Notes: generated by a model not told the origin, from the sequence alone. A DNA stretch of 64,000 bases from Alphaproteobacteria bacterium (GCA_045605805.1 JAZUQR010000010.1:64001-128000); one strand, 5' to 3'. Shown: positions 27,501 to 38,471, counted from the stretch's first letter. Numbers and translations are program-made.

Positions 27501-27923
27501 CTGTCCATTTTTACAACAAAGATTTTCTTTTGACACGTTGTCCCATGGTAATCTATATCCCTCTGGGCAACCACAGGTTGGCATAAAATAAGAACTATAA
27601 TCCTTTCCGTCATATATTTTCTTATCCTTACAGCAGACATACTGATTACCATGTGGCGTTAGGGTTCCGCCGTCCGGACAGGTGCATTCTGCTTCCTGAA
27701 CTGTACCATCCGCATTAACTGTACATTGATTCTCTTCGGCTGTGGTCAAGCCGCCTTGTTGGACAAAGACTTCGTCTATGGTGGGGGTGGAAACAGAACT
27801 TGTGGCCAAATCAACCACCTGCATGTTTTCATTCAATCGGATTTGGATTGAACCAACATCTGCCCATATTTTATGGGAACACAAAAACGAAAGACAAAAA
27901 AGCAACAAATATTTCTTTTTCAT
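24567..27923 (-). CDS. Large secreted Cys-rich repeat protein (furin-like / GCC2-GCC3-like modules)
   Basis: Signal peptide ..IWA; many CVTC..TPVW and CEACP..TP.W units; one CDKGTYK..C..C..NQTT..GATT..EC module. Confidence 0.8.
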   Translation of the reverse strand: MKKKYLLLFCLSFLCSHKIWADVGSIQIRLNENMQVVDLATSSVSTPTIDEVFVQQGGLTTAEENQCTVNADGTVQEAECTCPDGGTLTPHGNQYVCCKDKKIYDGKDYSSYFMPTCGCPEGYRLPWDNVSKENLCCKNGQNCYTVLGGIEICDDSDACGCPDGSKGYENVCCDDEGKVLTAMETSTQNYTLCGCAIADTDLRKLHCDADKCTKTQGMEWCEAGVCMPKDTCPCVPGSTTSPCTEKTACTTQNGCWYDGTCYQKQASCGEGGRSWNDNVCSCTCPENEHWNDTTNQCEECVQTADCSGGKVCESNTCVCPEGEHWNGTTCEACPEDKPKWNDTECEACQADTFWDGNDCVTCADVDEATPYWNGEACVQCTEKDNCEGNQICKTDYTCGCEDENKHGTACQECYGDFGAESEWSCSEDTPVCDKVYHTCVTCAAANENTPVWKVIEEKGQCVTCAVADQKKPVWSGTECEACPEDTPKWNSTSEACEACPTNSEWSGDQCQCKAGYTLKDDGTCTPCDKGTYKISAGNEGCIFCGDNQTTAGTGATTSEECEACPTNRPIWNSFSCVTCADVDEVTPVWNGTTCEVCPEATPKWNGSECVTCAVNNSDTPVWNGTTCEACPEGEHWNGTTCEACPENTPAWNGFECVTCAANNSATPFWNGTACVECLENEDCKKGLCAGNKCVACTKGGDCPGEWCDLENGLCVAGCNTTMVPNEGDKTCQCDKTKDPEDPSKDSKTPVWDAWRNRCVSCFRYNEKTPVWNGTTCEACPAETPVWDLYNEKCVKCYDSISSNWTDLGCGSTVDHSSYNPRQNKRSSGEVIDKRVCKVDADNTNNNTCVQCTEHSHCPGAAPKCENNSCSECPSEEPFWDGNACVTCADNNSDTPVWDATRKTCVTCAAANENTPVWNDTKKECVSCAVADSTRPVWNATSKTCVPCVSVYQNKPAWDGSACATCAAADPTNPVWNATNKTCEPCPTNTPIWKNGECIACPTNTSKWDTNKQQCVQCTLHDHCGPGKHCHNGSCANCAVRTQCGCTDMAQGDGTCIEKGEVAPTSICPPKSHDRKWREYGCTTPGKLCGNSNSLEHTTNCDANNTVKTGDYSGENRDP

Positions 27924-27981
27924 TTCCAAATCCTTTGAATCTATTTTACCGCACTTCTTTGATAAAAATCAACAAAAAAGT

Positions 27982-29109
27982 TTATCCCCCACACAAAGCC
28001 AACAAAATGCCGGCTGCTATGGCAGAACCGATGCTGCCCGCCACATTTGCCCCCATGGCGTGCATCAGCAGGTGATTATTCGGGTTGGATTCTTGCCCCA
28101 ACTTTTCGCTGACTCGGGCAGCCATTGGGATAGCACTGACACCTGCCGATCCGATCAACGGGTTGATTTTATTCTTGGAAAACAGATTCAAAAATCTGGC
28201 CATTAAAACACCACTTGCCGAACCAAGGCTGAATGCCACAACACCCAAGCCCAACACCACCAATGTTTCTTTTTTCAAAAACAGGTCGGCCGACAGTTTT
28301 GACCCAACGGAAATCCCAAGCAAAATTGTGACGATATTCATCATTTCGTTGCTTGCCCCTTTGGCCAATCTGTCTGCCACGCCCGATTCTTTTAGCAAGT
28401 TCCCAAACATCAACATTCCAATCAACGGAATGGCCATTGGGATAAACAAGGCTGTTAGGACAATCACCATAATCGGAAAAATGATTTTTTCCTTTTGGCT
28501 GACTTCTCGCATTTGTTGCATCACGATTGTGCGTTGATTTTTGGGTGTGCACAAACGCATAATCGGTGGTTGAATCACAGGTACAAGTGCCATATATGAA
28601 TAGGCCGCCACAGCGATTGCTCCCAACATTTCGGGGGCCAATTTACCCGCCAAAAAGATTGAGGTTGGGCCGTCTGCCCCACCGATGATGGCAATGCTGG
28701 CCGCCTGTTTCAAGGTTAAAGCAATTTCGGGAAACAGAGAACTTAAACTCAATGCCCCCAAAAATGTGCCAAAAATAGCAAACTGCGCTGCGCCCCCTAA
28801 CAAAGCTGTTTTCGGGTTTGCCAGCATGGGGCCAAAGTCTATCATTGCGCCAACGCCCATAAATATCAACAGCGGGAAAATGCCTGTTTCTATGCCGGCA
28901 TGATACATATAATACAACAAACCACCTTCTTCGGTCATCCCTGCCCCTGGGCAATTGGACAACAATCCCCCAACAGCAATTGGTATCAACAAAAGCGGTT
29001 CAAATTGTTTTTTTATCCCCAGATACAACAGCACAAAGCATATCAACATCATAATGCCTTGCCCCAGTGTCATGTGCACCAAACCCAAACTGTTTATGAT
29101 TGCTTCCAT
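27982..29109 (-). CDS. oadB: Na+-transporting decarboxylase beta subunit
   Basis: [40 protein letters not shown]. Confidence 0.93.
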   Translation of the reverse strand: MEAIINSLGLVHMTLGQGIMMLICFVLLYLGIKKQFEPLLLIPIAVGGLLSNCPGAGMTEEGGLLYYMYHAGIETGIFPLLIFMGVGAMIDFGPMLANPKTALLGGAAQFAIFGTFLGALSLSSLFPEIALTLKQAASIAIIGGADGPTSIFLAGKLAPEMLGAIAVAAYSYMALVPVIQPPIMRLCTPKNQRTIVMQQMREVSQKEKIIFPIMVIVLTALFIPMAIPLIGMLMFGNLLKESGVADRLAKGASNEMMNIVTILLGISVGSKLSADLFLKKETLVVLGLGVVAFSLGSASGVLMARFLNLFSKNKINPLIGSAGVSAIPMAARVSEKLGQESNPNNHLLMHAMGANVAGSIGSAIAAGILLALCGG

Positions 29110-29110
29110 C

Positions 29111-30892
29111 TTACACCTCCACGACTTTATCGCCCGTTTTGATGTTATCGCCTTTTTTAACAAACAGGTGTTTTACTGTACCATCTGTGGCGGCTTTGAT
29201 AGGCGTTTCCATTTTCATCACTTCCACAACCACCAAAGTATCACCCGCTTTTACCGCTTGACCTTCGCTTACCAACACTTGCGTCACCATCCCAGGCATG
29301 GGGGCCGTTATGATGCCACCCACCCCTGATGCTTGGGCGGGTTGTTCGGCCGTTGGTGTGGCAACTTTTTCTTCACCAATGGTATATTCTTTACCATTCA
29401 CAATGGCCTTATTCCCATCCAATTTCACTTCAAACTTTTCACCATTGATGATGATGTTGTCCGTATTTGTTTTTGGGGTTTGCTTTTCTTCGTTCAAGCG
29501 CACAGATACTTTGCCTTTGCCCAACAGGAAATCAATTCCCTTTTGCCCGCAGGCGGCCGCAATAAAGATATTTTCATCCGTTGTCGGCAAGTTCGCTTCT
29601 TTTAACTCTGCCACATAATGTGCTTTGGCCTTTTGTGGGTTTTTATCGTTTAAGGCCAACACTGTTTGTGTTGTGGGTTTTAATCCCAATTGTTCCGAAG
29701 CCAGCTTCACAATGCGTGCATCCGGTGAAACAGGCGTTTTTCCAAAATAACCCAGTACCATTTTGCCATAGCCTTCTGCCATTTTTTTCCATTTGCCATA
29801 CAGCACATTATTAAATGCCTGTTGGAAATAGAATTGGCTGACCGGCGTCACAGAAGTGCCAAAGCCCCCCTTTTGGACAACCTCCTCCATCGCATTGATG
29901 ATATCGTTATATTTATCCATAATCCCATTATCACGCAACATTTGTGTGTTGGCTGTTAAAGCCCCACCCGGCATGGGTGAAAAGGGAATGCGTGGATCGG
30001 CATGTAAGGCTTCCGGCGGCAGATAGTATTTACTTAAAGCCTCTTTCAAATGTTCTTCCACCTGCATCACTTTATCTATATCACAATTCAGTTCGTACGG
30101 TTTGCCACGCAAGGCGTGCCACATGGTGGCGACATCCGGTTGGCACGTGCCACCCGATACAGGTGCCAATGATAAGTCAACTGTATCAGCCCCTGCTTCA
30201 ATGGCAGCCAGATAACAGGCCAAACCTGTGCCAGCTGTTTCGTGTGAGTGATATGTGATTGGGCATTTTGGCCCCAAAATCTTGCGAGCTGCTTTGATTG
30301 TTTCATAAACAGTTTGCGGTGTGCCTGTACCACTTGCATCCTTAAACGCCACCGAATCAAACGGTATTTTTGCTTTGATAAAGGCTTTCAGGCGATTGGC
30401 ATAAAATTCGGCCGTATGCGCCCCAGATAACGCCGGTGGCAGACTCATCATTGCAACAGCCAGTTGATGTTTTAAGCCAGCTTTTTTAATACATTCGGCA
30501 CTGTATTTCAAATTATTTGGATCATTTAATGCATCAAAATTACGAATTGTTGTCATCCCATGTTTTTTGAACAGTTCGGCATGCATTTTAATCAGTTCGG
30601 AACTCATAGAATCCAACGCCACCACATTGACACCCCGTGCCAATGTTTGAAGGTTGGCTTTTGGGCCGGCCGCTTTTCTGAAATTATCCATGATATCAAA
30701 AGCATTTTCGTTCAAATAGAAAAAAGCCGATTGAAAGGCTGCCCCACCCCCTGCTTCCAAATAAGTCAAACCGGCCTTAGCGGCTTCCGATACCACAGGC
30801 AGATAGTCTTTACTTTGCACACGCATCCCAAACACAGATTGAAAACCGTCCCGAAAAGCCGTACACATAACATTTATTTTTTTTGGTTTCAT
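29111..30892 (-). CDS. oadA: Oxaloacetate decarboxylase alpha-type carboxyltransferase with biotin carrier
   Basis: [40 protein letters not shown]. Confidence 0.88.
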   Translation of the reverse strand: MKPKKINVMCTAFRDGFQSVFGMRVQSKDYLPVVSEAAKAGLTYLEAGGGAAFQSAFFYLNENAFDIMDNFRKAAGPKANLQTLARGVNVVALDSMSSELIKMHAELFKKHGMTTIRNFDALNDPNNLKYSAECIKKAGLKHQLAVAMMSLPPALSGAHTAEFYANRLKAFIKAKIPFDSVAFKDASGTGTPQTVYETIKAARKILGPKCPITYHSHETAGTGLACYLAAIEAGADTVDLSLAPVSGGTCQPDVATMWHALRGKPYELNCDIDKVMQVEEHLKEALSKYYLPPEALHADPRIPFSPMPGGALTANTQMLRDNGIMDKYNDIINAMEEVVQKGGFGTSVTPVSQFYFQQAFNNVLYGKWKKMAEGYGKMVLGYFGKTPVSPDARIVKLASEQLGLKPTTQTVLALNDKNPQKAKAHYVAELKEANLPTTDENIFIAAACGQKGIDFLLGKGKVSVRLNEEKQTPKTNTDNIIINGEKFEVKLDGNKAIVNGKEYTIGEEKVATPTAEQPAQASGVGGIITAPMPGMVTQVLVSEGQAVKAGDTLVVVEVMKMETPIKAATDGTVKHLFVKKGDNIKTGDKVVEV

Positions 30893-31050
30893 TTTCCTCT
30901 CCTTGCCAAAGAAATTGCCAATGCGATTTTATTCAAATCTTCTTTTTCTTGTACACAACAGGTTAACACTTTCATTGCCCCAATCAACAGCAATAAAAAC
31001 GCAAAAACACCGCCCATGCCGGTCACCGTAATAAACAAAACTTGTGTCAT
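30889..31050 (-). CDS. oadG: Decarboxylase gamma subunit (53 aa, not in ORF track)
   Basis: MTQVLFITVTGMGGVFAFLLLLIGAMK..IALAIS; GGAGG RBS; ATGA overlap with oadA. Confidence 0.8.
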   Translation of the reverse strand: MTQVLFITVTGMGGVFAFLLLLIGAMKVLTCCVQEKEDLNKIALAISLARRGK

Positions 31051-31179
31051 AAAATCCTCCCTTTTATGCGTTTATTTTAAGACATCCTTTTCCAAAAGTC
31101 AACGCCAAATAGAGACTGATTTGACAATTTTTAAGTTTTATGGTATAATTTTATTGTTCCCATTTCACAGGAGGTTTTT

Positions 31180-32700
31180 ATGAACAAAAAAGAAACTGTT
31201 TTTCACATCGAAACAAAAAACGCAATCAATACTTTACAACCACATCCTAAAACCGCATATCTAACAGAGCTGGCTGAGGAGAAAAAACGTTCCTTCCAAC
31301 GCAAAGGTTTGTTGGCTATTGCCACTTCTGCTGTTTTAGGTTTGACGGCTTTCTTTTCTTTTGGTAAAAAAGGAAATGATACGACCCGACCTGATACACC
31401 TGCTTCTTCAAAAATACAAAAAACAGAAAAAGCCAAACGACCAGCAACACCATTGTATGAAACATTGGCTGCTACACAAACAAATGTGTTGGACAATGCT
31501 GCGACCGTGTTGCCCCCTGATCCTTTTAACTATTATACAAATCAATTTTCCAAAGTTTTGTCAAAGGATGTTTCTCTTGATACGATTCAAACATATGCTT
31601 CGGCTATGACAAATTTGCCCCCTAATCCTTTTAACTATTATACAAATCAATTTTCCAAAGTTTTGTCAAAGGATGTTTCTCTTGATACGATTCAAGCATA
31701 TGCTTCGGCTATGACAAATTTGACAACCAACCCTAAAACACAACGGGTTGCGCTGGTTTCTTCCGAAACATTATTGAAAAAAATGGTTGCCTTGTTTGAG
31801 ACTATGCCCACACATCAATTGACAGATTTGGCTGAGGGTAAATTAGACACCGGATATTTTTCTTATGACAGAATCACACAAGCTGTGGTTAAGAATCCAG
31901 AAAATACACGGGATATCATCCAACGCACTGTTGAAGTGACACAGGCTTATGCTTTACATCGCCAATGCCAATCCCACATTGAAGCAAACGAAGGAAACTG
32001 TTTATATCTTTATTGGGACAATGCCACAAAGGATGAAAAACCCAATCCTCAACCCACAGTGGGCATTGGGCTTAACATCAATGCCAACCCTTCTTTAAGA
32101 AATCTTCGTTATAAAAACAGCCCAAAAGTTCAACAGATTTTAGGCACAAATGCTCAAGATGAATATATTACTTTATCCTCCGCTCAGATGCGCCGGTTAA
32201 CGCAATATGTTAAAAATAATCTCTTTGACAAAGATGCTTCCATCTATCAGAAAGAATTAGGTTTGAATATTCATCCTGAGGATGTGGCAAAGCTGGATGC
32301 CTTATTCAAGCAAAAACTTGCCCAGTCTATTCAAAATGCCGAAACTTTTTTACAGACAAAAAAACCAAGTGCTTCCTCTGTTATGTTTGGGACTTATCAC
32401 ACCCCTGTGCCATTAGAGTTTGCCAGTGTTGCTGTTGATTTGGATTTTAATTTAGGAACAACAAAGTTCCAAGAATATAACAACTTTGCAACTGCCTATG
32501 CCAACAGACAGTGGACTGTAGCCAAACAAGAATGTTCCACAAAACAAGAACGCAAGCAACGCGCATTACATCAGTCTGATGCCTCAAAAAGCGATTCTAA
32601 ACGTCTTATGTGGAAGGAAGCGACTTTTGATAAAGGCATACAGGCAGTAACCAAGCAAAATGCTGAAAGAGTTTATTCAGATAAGAACGCTGTTCGCTGA
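31180..32700 (+). CDS. Membrane-anchored protein with C-terminal T4-lysozyme (GH24)-like domain
   Basis: One TM helix near N-terminus; IEANEG..LYLYWD...PTVGIG; VDLDFNLG..F..Y.NF..A...QW..A..E. Confidence 0.65.
   Translation: MNKKETVFHIETKNAINTLQPHPKTAYLTELAEEKKRSFQRKGLLAIATSAVLGLTAFFSFGKKGNDTTRPDTPASSKIQKTEKAKRPATPLYETLAATQTNVLDNAATVLPPDPFNYYTNQFSKVLSKDVSLDTIQTYASAMTNLPPNPFNYYTNQFSKVLSKDVSLDTIQAYASAMTNLTTNPKTQRVALVSSETLLKKMVALFETMPTHQLTDLAEGKLDTGYFSYDRITQAVVKNPENTRDIIQRTVEVTQAYALHRQCQSHIEANEGNCLYLYWDNATKDEKPNPQPTVGIGLNINANPSLRNLRYKNSPKVQQILGTNAQDEYITLSSAQMRRLTQYVKNNLFDKDASIYQKELGLNIHPEDVAKLDALFKQKLAQSIQNAETFLQTKKPSASSVMFGTYHTPVPLEFASVAVDLDFNLGTTKFQEYNNFATAYANRQWTVAKQECSTKQERKQRALHQSDASKSDSKRLMWKEATFDKGIQAVTKQNAERVYSDKNAVR
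31510..31722 (+). repeat. In-frame 105-bp tandem duplication
   Basis: Copies start at 31510 and 31615 and differ at about 2 positions (LPPD/NPFNYY...AMTNL). Confidence 0.95.
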
Positions 32701-32716
32701 TTCTTTTTGGCTTTTG

Positions 32717-32746
32717 AAAATCCCTCTTTTTTAAGGGGGATTTTTT
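32717..32746 (+). terminator. Intrinsic terminator
   Basis: AAAATCCCTC..GGGGGATTTT plus T-run. Confidence 0.7.
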
Positions 32747-32824
32747 CTTTTTTTTATGCTTGCTTTTTCTTTTTTTTTATTTTATATTTTTTGTATCATT
32801 TATCTTAAAGAAGGGGGAAATCTT

Positions 32825-34633
32825 ATGGCAACAAAATTACCAACAAAAAATAAAAAAGTATTGGACTGGGTGAAAGAAATGGCCACACTGTGTCAACCGG
32901 ATAAGGTTTATTGGTGTGACGGTTCCGAAAAAGAAAATACTTTACTGTGTGACGAATTGGTAGACAAAGGAACTTTCATTCGTCTGAATCCCAAAAAGCG
33001 GCCTCATTCTTTTTTGGCTCGTTCCAATCCCAAAGATGTCGCTCGGGTGGAAGGACGCACTTTTATTTGTTGCAAAAATGAAATTGATGCCGGACCAACC
33101 AACAACTGGGCTGACCCAAAAAAGATGAAATCCACTTTGAAAAAGTTGATGAAAGGCTGTATGAAAGGCCGCACGATGTATGTGATTCCTTTTTCCATGG
33201 GGCCTTTGGGCAGTGAGATTGCCAAAATCGGCGTGGAAATTACAGACAGCCCTTATGTTGTTGTCAATATGCGTATTATGACACGCATGGGTGAAAAAGT
33301 TTGGTCTGTATTGGGTAAGGATGACTTTGTTAAATGTTTCCATTCGGTTTGCTCTCCTCTTAAAAAGGGCGAACAAGATGTGGCTTGGCCTTGCAATCCA
33401 GACAACACTTATGTGACTCATTTCCCTGAAACACGAGAAATTATCTCTATCGGTTCGGGCTATGGTGGCAACGCTTTATTAGGTAAAAAATGTTTGGCTT
33501 TACGCATTGCCAGCACGATGGCCAAAGAAGAAGGTTGGTTTGCCGAACATATGCTGATTGCCGGCTTTGAAAACAAAAAGGAAAAGATGAAAACCTATGT
33601 AGCGGCCGCTTTCCCTTCTGCCTGTGGCAAAACAAATATGGCTATGTTGATTCCACCAAAGGCTATGGCTGATTGGAAGGTGACAACGGTGGGTGATGAT
33701 ATCGCTTGGATTAAACCAGATAAAAACGGTGTGTTGCGAGCCATCAATCCCGAGGCTGGTTTCTTTGGGGTGGCTCCGGGCACAAATCCCGAAACAAATG
33801 AAAATGCCATTTTATCTTGCCGAGCAAACACCATTTTTACAAATGTGGCTTTAACAGATGATGGAGATGTTTGGTGGGAAGGACTTACGAAAACCGCCCC
33901 AAAACATTTGATTGACTGGCAAGGGAACGATTGGACACCCAACTCCAAAACACCTGCGGCGCATCCAAACTCTCGTTTTACCGCTCCGGCAAAACAATGT
34001 CCTTGTATTGACAAGGATTGGGAAAATCCAGCCGGTGTGCCGATTGGGGCCTTTGTATTTGGTGGCCGAATGTCCACAAATACCCCTCTTGTTTATCAGG
34101 CCTTTAACTGGCAACACGGGGTTTATTTAGCCAGCACAATGGGCTCAGAAAAAACCGCTGCGGCCGAAGGCACTATGGGCGAAATCAGACGTGATCCTTT
34201 TGCAATGTTGCCTTTCTGTGGCTATAATATGGGTGATTATTGGAAACATTGGTTTGATATGTTTGGCAAAATTAAACAACATCCGTTGATTTTCCGTGTG
34301 AACTGGTTCCGCAAAGACAAAAAAGGCAACTTTATGTGGCCAGGGTTTGGGGACAATATGCGTGTGATTGAATGGATTGTACGCAGAACTTACCAAAAAG
34401 CAGGGGCCACAGAAAGTGTGTTAGGTTGGATGCCCACTTATAAAGACTTGTCATGGCGTGGCTTAAAAATGAGTGAAAAACAATTTAACGACTTGATGTG
34501 TGTGGATGCCAATTTGGCCGAACAGGATGTCAATTCTCAAGGGATTTATTTTGAACAATTCCTGAATGGCAATCGCTTGCCTTCGGATATTGATGCTGAA
34601 TTGGTTTTACTGTCCAATCGGTTAAACAGATAA
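32825..34633 (+). CDS. pckG: Phosphoenolpyruvate carboxykinase (GTP)
   Basis: [51 protein letters not shown]. Confidence 0.95.
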   Translation: MATKLPTKNKKVLDWVKEMATLCQPDKVYWCDGSEKENTLLCDELVDKGTFIRLNPKKRPHSFLARSNPKDVARVEGRTFICCKNEIDAGPTNNWADPKKMKSTLKKLMKGCMKGRTMYVIPFSMGPLGSEIAKIGVEITDSPYVVVNMRIMTRMGEKVWSVLGKDDFVKCFHSVCSPLKKGEQDVAWPCNPDNTYVTHFPETREIISIGSGYGGNALLGKKCLALRIASTMAKEEGWFAEHMLIAGFENKKEKMKTYVAAAFPSACGKTNMAMLIPPKAMADWKVTTVGDDIAWIKPDKNGVLRAINPEAGFFGVAPGTNPETNENAILSCRANTIFTNVALTDDGDVWWEGLTKTAPKHLIDWQGNDWTPNSKTPAAHPNSRFTAPAKQCPCIDKDWENPAGVPIGAFVFGGRMSTNTPLVYQAFNWQHGVYLASTMGSEKTAAAEGTMGEIRRDPFAMLPFCGYNMGDYWKHWFDMFGKIKQHPLIFRVNWFRKDKKGNFMWPGFGDNMRVIEWIVRRTYQKAGATESVLGWMPTYKDLSWRGLKMSEKQFNDLMCVDANLAEQDVNSQGIYFEQFLNGNRLPSDIDAELVLLSNRLNR

Positions 34634-34647
34634 AATCCTTTTCACCA

Positions 34648-34682
34648 AAAAAATCTCCCGCTTTTCAACGGGAGTTTTTTTT
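34648..34682. terminator. Bidirectional terminator
   Basis: A-run, CTCCCG..CGGGAG hairpin, T-run, between convergent genes. Confidence 0.75.
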
Positions 34683-36213
34683 AGTCACGATCGTTTCCCT
34701 TCATTTTTGATTTTTGACGCAGACGAAGTGTTGCACTGCGTTCTTGTTTTGTTGGTTTTCTTATATAGACAAAATCTTTTTCTTCATCCAACAAGTCGGC
34801 CGCCTCGTATTTCAACAAACCTGCTTTTTTCTTAAATAATTTATGCTCTGTTTGTTTTGATTTGTTGTGTCTTCTTTTATTCTCGCTTTCCTTTGGAATT
34901 GGACCAACCGCCTCTTCGCACAATTTTTTATCATCAATCGCAAATGAATAGACTCCGGTGACATTTTCAAACAATTGTTTTGGGACACGTGTATTACTGA
35001 TATCCAATAATTCCACACACACACCGGCATTTTTCATCTGTTCTACGCCCTGCATAAAATCTGTATCCCGTGACAACAAGTGAACGGTATCTATACTTGA
35101 ATCAAAACGGGCCAATGCCATGTCATAGGCAATTCTGTCATCCACATCATACTGTTGAATATTCGCATCAAAGTCAGTTGCTTGGCGTTCTGAGTGTGGC
35201 ACTTTCCATTTTCTTTCTTTCAAAATTGTATAATAAGGTTCTTTTTGTTGGATTGTTCCTTGACTGATTATAGATTTTTTTGGCATCTCATGCGGCACTT
35301 CGGACAATAAGAACACCCGACTTTGTCTTTTCGGATTCTTGACTTTGCTGTGCATTTTTGAAGAAGTATAGCAAATGATTTCCAAATCTTGTGTGTTTAT
35401 TTTTTCCAAAACTTTTCCCAACAACAAACTTAGATTTTTTTCTGTCAACTTTATTTTTTTTGAATGTAAATAAGCACTCATCAAGCCCATATCTATCATC
35501 AAGATATTTCTTTTTATGGGATTGTTTTGTCGCATTTGACTTAATACCTCAGGCAACTGTTCTGGTTGAATTGAGCTGATTTTGTCTTGTATTTTTTTCA
35601 ACTCTTCAATGGAAGACAATTTTGGCTCTTGTGCTTCAAATGATGCTTCTATCTTTGGTCTGTTGCCATTAAACTCTATCCAATCAACATCCACACCTAA
35701 TGCTGTTGTGACTTTTGCAGCATACGCTAAATCTTTTGAGTCACCCAACACAAATATCTTTTTCACCTGACCTTTAACAGCGGTTTCTGCCATGTGGTCC
35801 ACCAATTTTGTTGTGACCCCTTTTTTTTGAACCTGTAATTCAAAATCATTATCCCTTAGGTCTTTTGGTTTTTTTTCAAAACTTTCTGGTTTCATAATCC
35901 ATTTGCCATAATCCATCTTTTGGCTGCGTCCCCAGTCTGTTTCAAAACTTTTTGCATTTGAAACGCCTTTTTTGTATAGCTCGCTTTTCATATCCTTTTC
36001 AAGATATGCTTTTTTACTGATTGGCCATTGCGCATCATAGATAGGGCGGGAACCATAATAGTGTATGGACACATCCGCACGAGGATGATTTTGTTTTATT
36101 TCCGATACCGCATTATACAAAAACTTGATAATTGATTGCGCACCATAAGGTTGACCAGCCTCTATGATGTGTTTTTTAAGTGTTTCCCCATCTACAAATA
36201 AAATTGTATCCAT
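34681..36213 (-). CDS. Protein with two tandem NYN/LabA-DUF88-like PIN domains
   Basis: Domain 1: ILFVDG, QKKGVT..L..M, VLGDSKDL; domain 2: ILMIDMG, QQYDVD..IAYDM, LLSRDTDF...E..K..G..V. Confidence 0.6.
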   Translation of the reverse strand: MDTILFVDGETLKKHIIEAGQPYGAQSIIKFLYNAVSEIKQNHPRADVSIHYYGSRPIYDAQWPISKKAYLEKDMKSELYKKGVSNAKSFETDWGRSQKMDYGKWIMKPESFEKKPKDLRDNDFELQVQKKGVTTKLVDHMAETAVKGQVKKIFVLGDSKDLAYAAKVTTALGVDVDWIEFNGNRPKIEASFEAQEPKLSSIEELKKIQDKISSIQPEQLPEVLSQMRQNNPIKRNILMIDMGLMSAYLHSKKIKLTEKNLSLLLGKVLEKINTQDLEIICYTSSKMHSKVKNPKRQSRVFLLSEVPHEMPKKSIISQGTIQQKEPYYTILKERKWKVPHSERQATDFDANIQQYDVDDRIAYDMALARFDSSIDTVHLLSRDTDFMQGVEQMKNAGVCVELLDISNTRVPKQLFENVTGVYSFAIDDKKLCEEAVGPIPKESENKRRHNKSKQTEHKLFKKKAGLLKYEAADLLDEEKDFVYIRKPTKQERSATLRLRQKSKMKGNDRD

Positions 36214-36222
36214 TTTGGCTCC

Positions 36223-37488
36223 TTATTGGTTCATTTTATCAAAAAAATCATCGTTGTTTTTGGTGGCTTTTAATTTTTCAATTAAGAACTCCATGGCATC
36301 CGTCACACCCATGGGCATCAAAACTCTGCGCAACATCCACATTTTCGGCAAGCGTTCTTTGCCCACCAACAATTCTTCTTTTCGTGTACCAGATTTGGTG
36401 ATATCAATGGCTGGGAAAATGCGTTTATCAGACACCTTTCTGTCCAAGATAATTTCGCTGTTGCCGGTGCCTTTGAACTCTTCAAAAATCACTTCATCCA
36501 TGCGTGAGCCTGTATCAATTAAAGCTGTACCAAAAATGGTTAAACTGCCCCCTTCTTCAATGTTGCGGGCAGCCCCAAAAAAGCGTTTTGGCTTTTGCAA
36601 CGCATTGGCATCCACACCACCGGTTAAAACCTTACCGCTGGATGGAATCACTGTATTATAGGCACGAGCCAATCGGGTGATGGAATCCAACAAAATAATC
36701 ACATCTTTTTTATGTTCCACCAAGCGTTTGGCTTTTTCTATTACCATTTCGGCCACTTGCACATGGCGGGCTGCCGGTTCATCAAAGGTGGAAGAAATCA
36801 CTTCGCCTTTGACAGAACGAATCATATCCGTCACTTCTTCGGGCCGTTCATCAATCAACAACATAATCAGATGAGCCTTTGGATAATTGGCGGTGATGGC
36901 ATGGGCGATATTTTTTAACATCACTGTTTTACCGGTTCTTGGCGGGGCCACAATCAAACTTCTTTGGCCCATTCCTTGGGGACAAATCAAGTCAATAATT
37001 CTGGCGGTTAAATCTTTATCATCTTCTTTACCGGTTAAATCATGTTCCATTTTAATTGAGTTTTCGGGATACAGCGGTGTTAAATCATCAAAGTTCACAC
37101 GATATTTTAACTTTTCAGGTTCCACAAAATTGACTGTATTTATTTTTTCCAAAGCAAAATAGCGTTCATTTTCTTTTGGGGCAGTTATTTCCCCAGAGAT
37201 AGTATCGCCGGTGCGCAATCCCCAGCGTTTGATATGATATGGTGCCACATAAATATCATCCGGCCCTGCCAAATAGTTCGCTTCCGGAGAACGCAAAAAT
37301 CCAAAACCATCTTGCATCACTTCCAAAACGCCTTCTCCATATAAAGTGTTTTCTGATTCAGACAGTTTTCTTAAAATCGCATACATCAAATCCTGTGTAC
37401 GCAAACTTGTGGCATTTTCAACATTTAATTCTTCGGCATAGCGCAACAAATCGGCCGGCGATTTCTTTTTCAAATCCTGTAATTGCAT
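36223..37488 (-). CDS. rho: Transcription termination factor Rho
   Basis: [36 protein letters not shown]. Confidence 0.97.
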   Translation of the reverse strand: MQLQDLKKKSPADLLRYAEELNVENATSLRTQDLMYAILRKLSESENTLYGEGVLEVMQDGFGFLRSPEANYLAGPDDIYVAPYHIKRWGLRTGDTISGEITAPKENERYFALEKINTVNFVEPEKLKYRVNFDDLTPLYPENSIKMEHDLTGKEDDKDLTARIIDLICPQGMGQRSLIVAPPRTGKTVMLKNIAHAITANYPKAHLIMLLIDERPEEVTDMIRSVKGEVISSTFDEPAARHVQVAEMVIEKAKRLVEHKKDVIILLDSITRLARAYNTVIPSSGKVLTGGVDANALQKPKRFFGAARNIEEGGSLTIFGTALIDTGSRMDEVIFEEFKGTGNSEIILDRKVSDKRIFPAIDITKSGTRKEELLVGKERLPKMWMLRRVLMPMGVTDAMEFLIEKLKATKNNDDFFDKMNQ

Positions 37489-37652
37489 CTTTATCCTTTG
37501 GAAAGTTTTTTTATAGAACATAGTCAGAACGACTATGGGTTTTATTATAACATATTTTGTCCAATTGTCAAGCATTCTTTATGAAGGCATCTTAGCTCTT
37601 GACTTTTTTGTTGCTTTGGGATACATTTTATTTGTTATATGGAGGTTTTTTT

Positions 37653-38471
37653 ATGTATTCAGGCATCCCTTTTCCAGACATCAATCCTGTGGTTTTTCAA
37701 TGGGGTTGGTTTGCTGTCAGATGGTATTCTTTAGCCTATATTTTCGGTATTTTGGGTGCTTGGTGGATGGCCAGAAAGATGTCAGAAAAATCACACAGTA
37801 CTTTCACTGTTTTGAAGATAGACGACTTTTTAATTTGGGCCACTGTCGGCATCATTTTGGGCGGACGATTGGGGTATTGTCTGTTTTATAATTTACATTA
37901 TTATTTAGAGTTTCCTTGGCAAATCCTTCAAGTGTGGCAAGGCGGTATGTCTTTTCATGGAGGGTTATTGGGTGTGATTGTGGCAACACTTTTGTTTGCC
38001 AAAAAGAAACAGATTTCTTTGTTGAGTATGGGCGATATTGTGACCTGCGTGGCCCCTATTGGTTTATTTTTGGGACGATTAGCCAACTTTGCCAATGGCG
38101 AACTTTACGGTCGGGTGACCCACTCTGTGCCATGGGCTATGATTTTCCCAAATGCCGGCTCAGAACCTCGGCATCCCAGTCAATTATATGAAGCTGGGGT
38201 TGAAGGGCTGTTTTTGTTCCTTATTTTGAATCTTTTATGGTGGTTTGCGCCACCCATTCGCAACCGCAGGGGATTGATTACCGGTTTGTTTTTTATTCTG
38301 TATGGCGTTGGGCGTTTCTTTTTAGAATATACTCGTGAACCGGATGCTCATTTAGGATTGGTATGGCATAATTTTTCTATGGGACAAGTGTTATGTTTGC
38401 CGATGATTTTGTTGGGGATATTTTTTATTTTGTGTTCCAAAAAAAATACTGTTTATCATCAGGAGGTATAG
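37653..38471 (+). CDS. lgt: Prolipoprotein diacylglyceryl transferase
   Basis: VRWYSLAY, GGRLGY, GGMSFHGG, GRLANF.NGEL.GR, RHPSQLYE. Confidence 0.95.
   Translation: MYSGIPFPDINPVVFQWGWFAVRWYSLAYIFGILGAWWMARKMSEKSHSTFTVLKIDDFLIWATVGIILGGRLGYCLFYNLHYYLEFPWQILQVWQGGMSFHGGLLGVIVATLLFAKKKQISLLSMGDIVTCVAPIGLFLGRLANFANGELYGRVTHSVPWAMIFPNAGSEPRHPSQLYEAGVEGLFLFLILNLLWWFAPPIRNRRGLITGLFFILYGVGRFFLEYTREPDAHLGLVWHNFSMGQVLCLPMILLGIFFILCSKKNTVYHQEV

Noticed and set aside
24617-27586. Many long + strand ORFs opposite the Cys-rich gene (and similar ones opposite dnaK, gyrB, rpoC, typA)
   Set aside because: Antisense shadows of real genes; no RBS or recognisable motifs
31180-32700. Prophage around the lysozyme-like gene
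   Set aside because: Flanked by metabolic genes; no holin, structural or integrase genes
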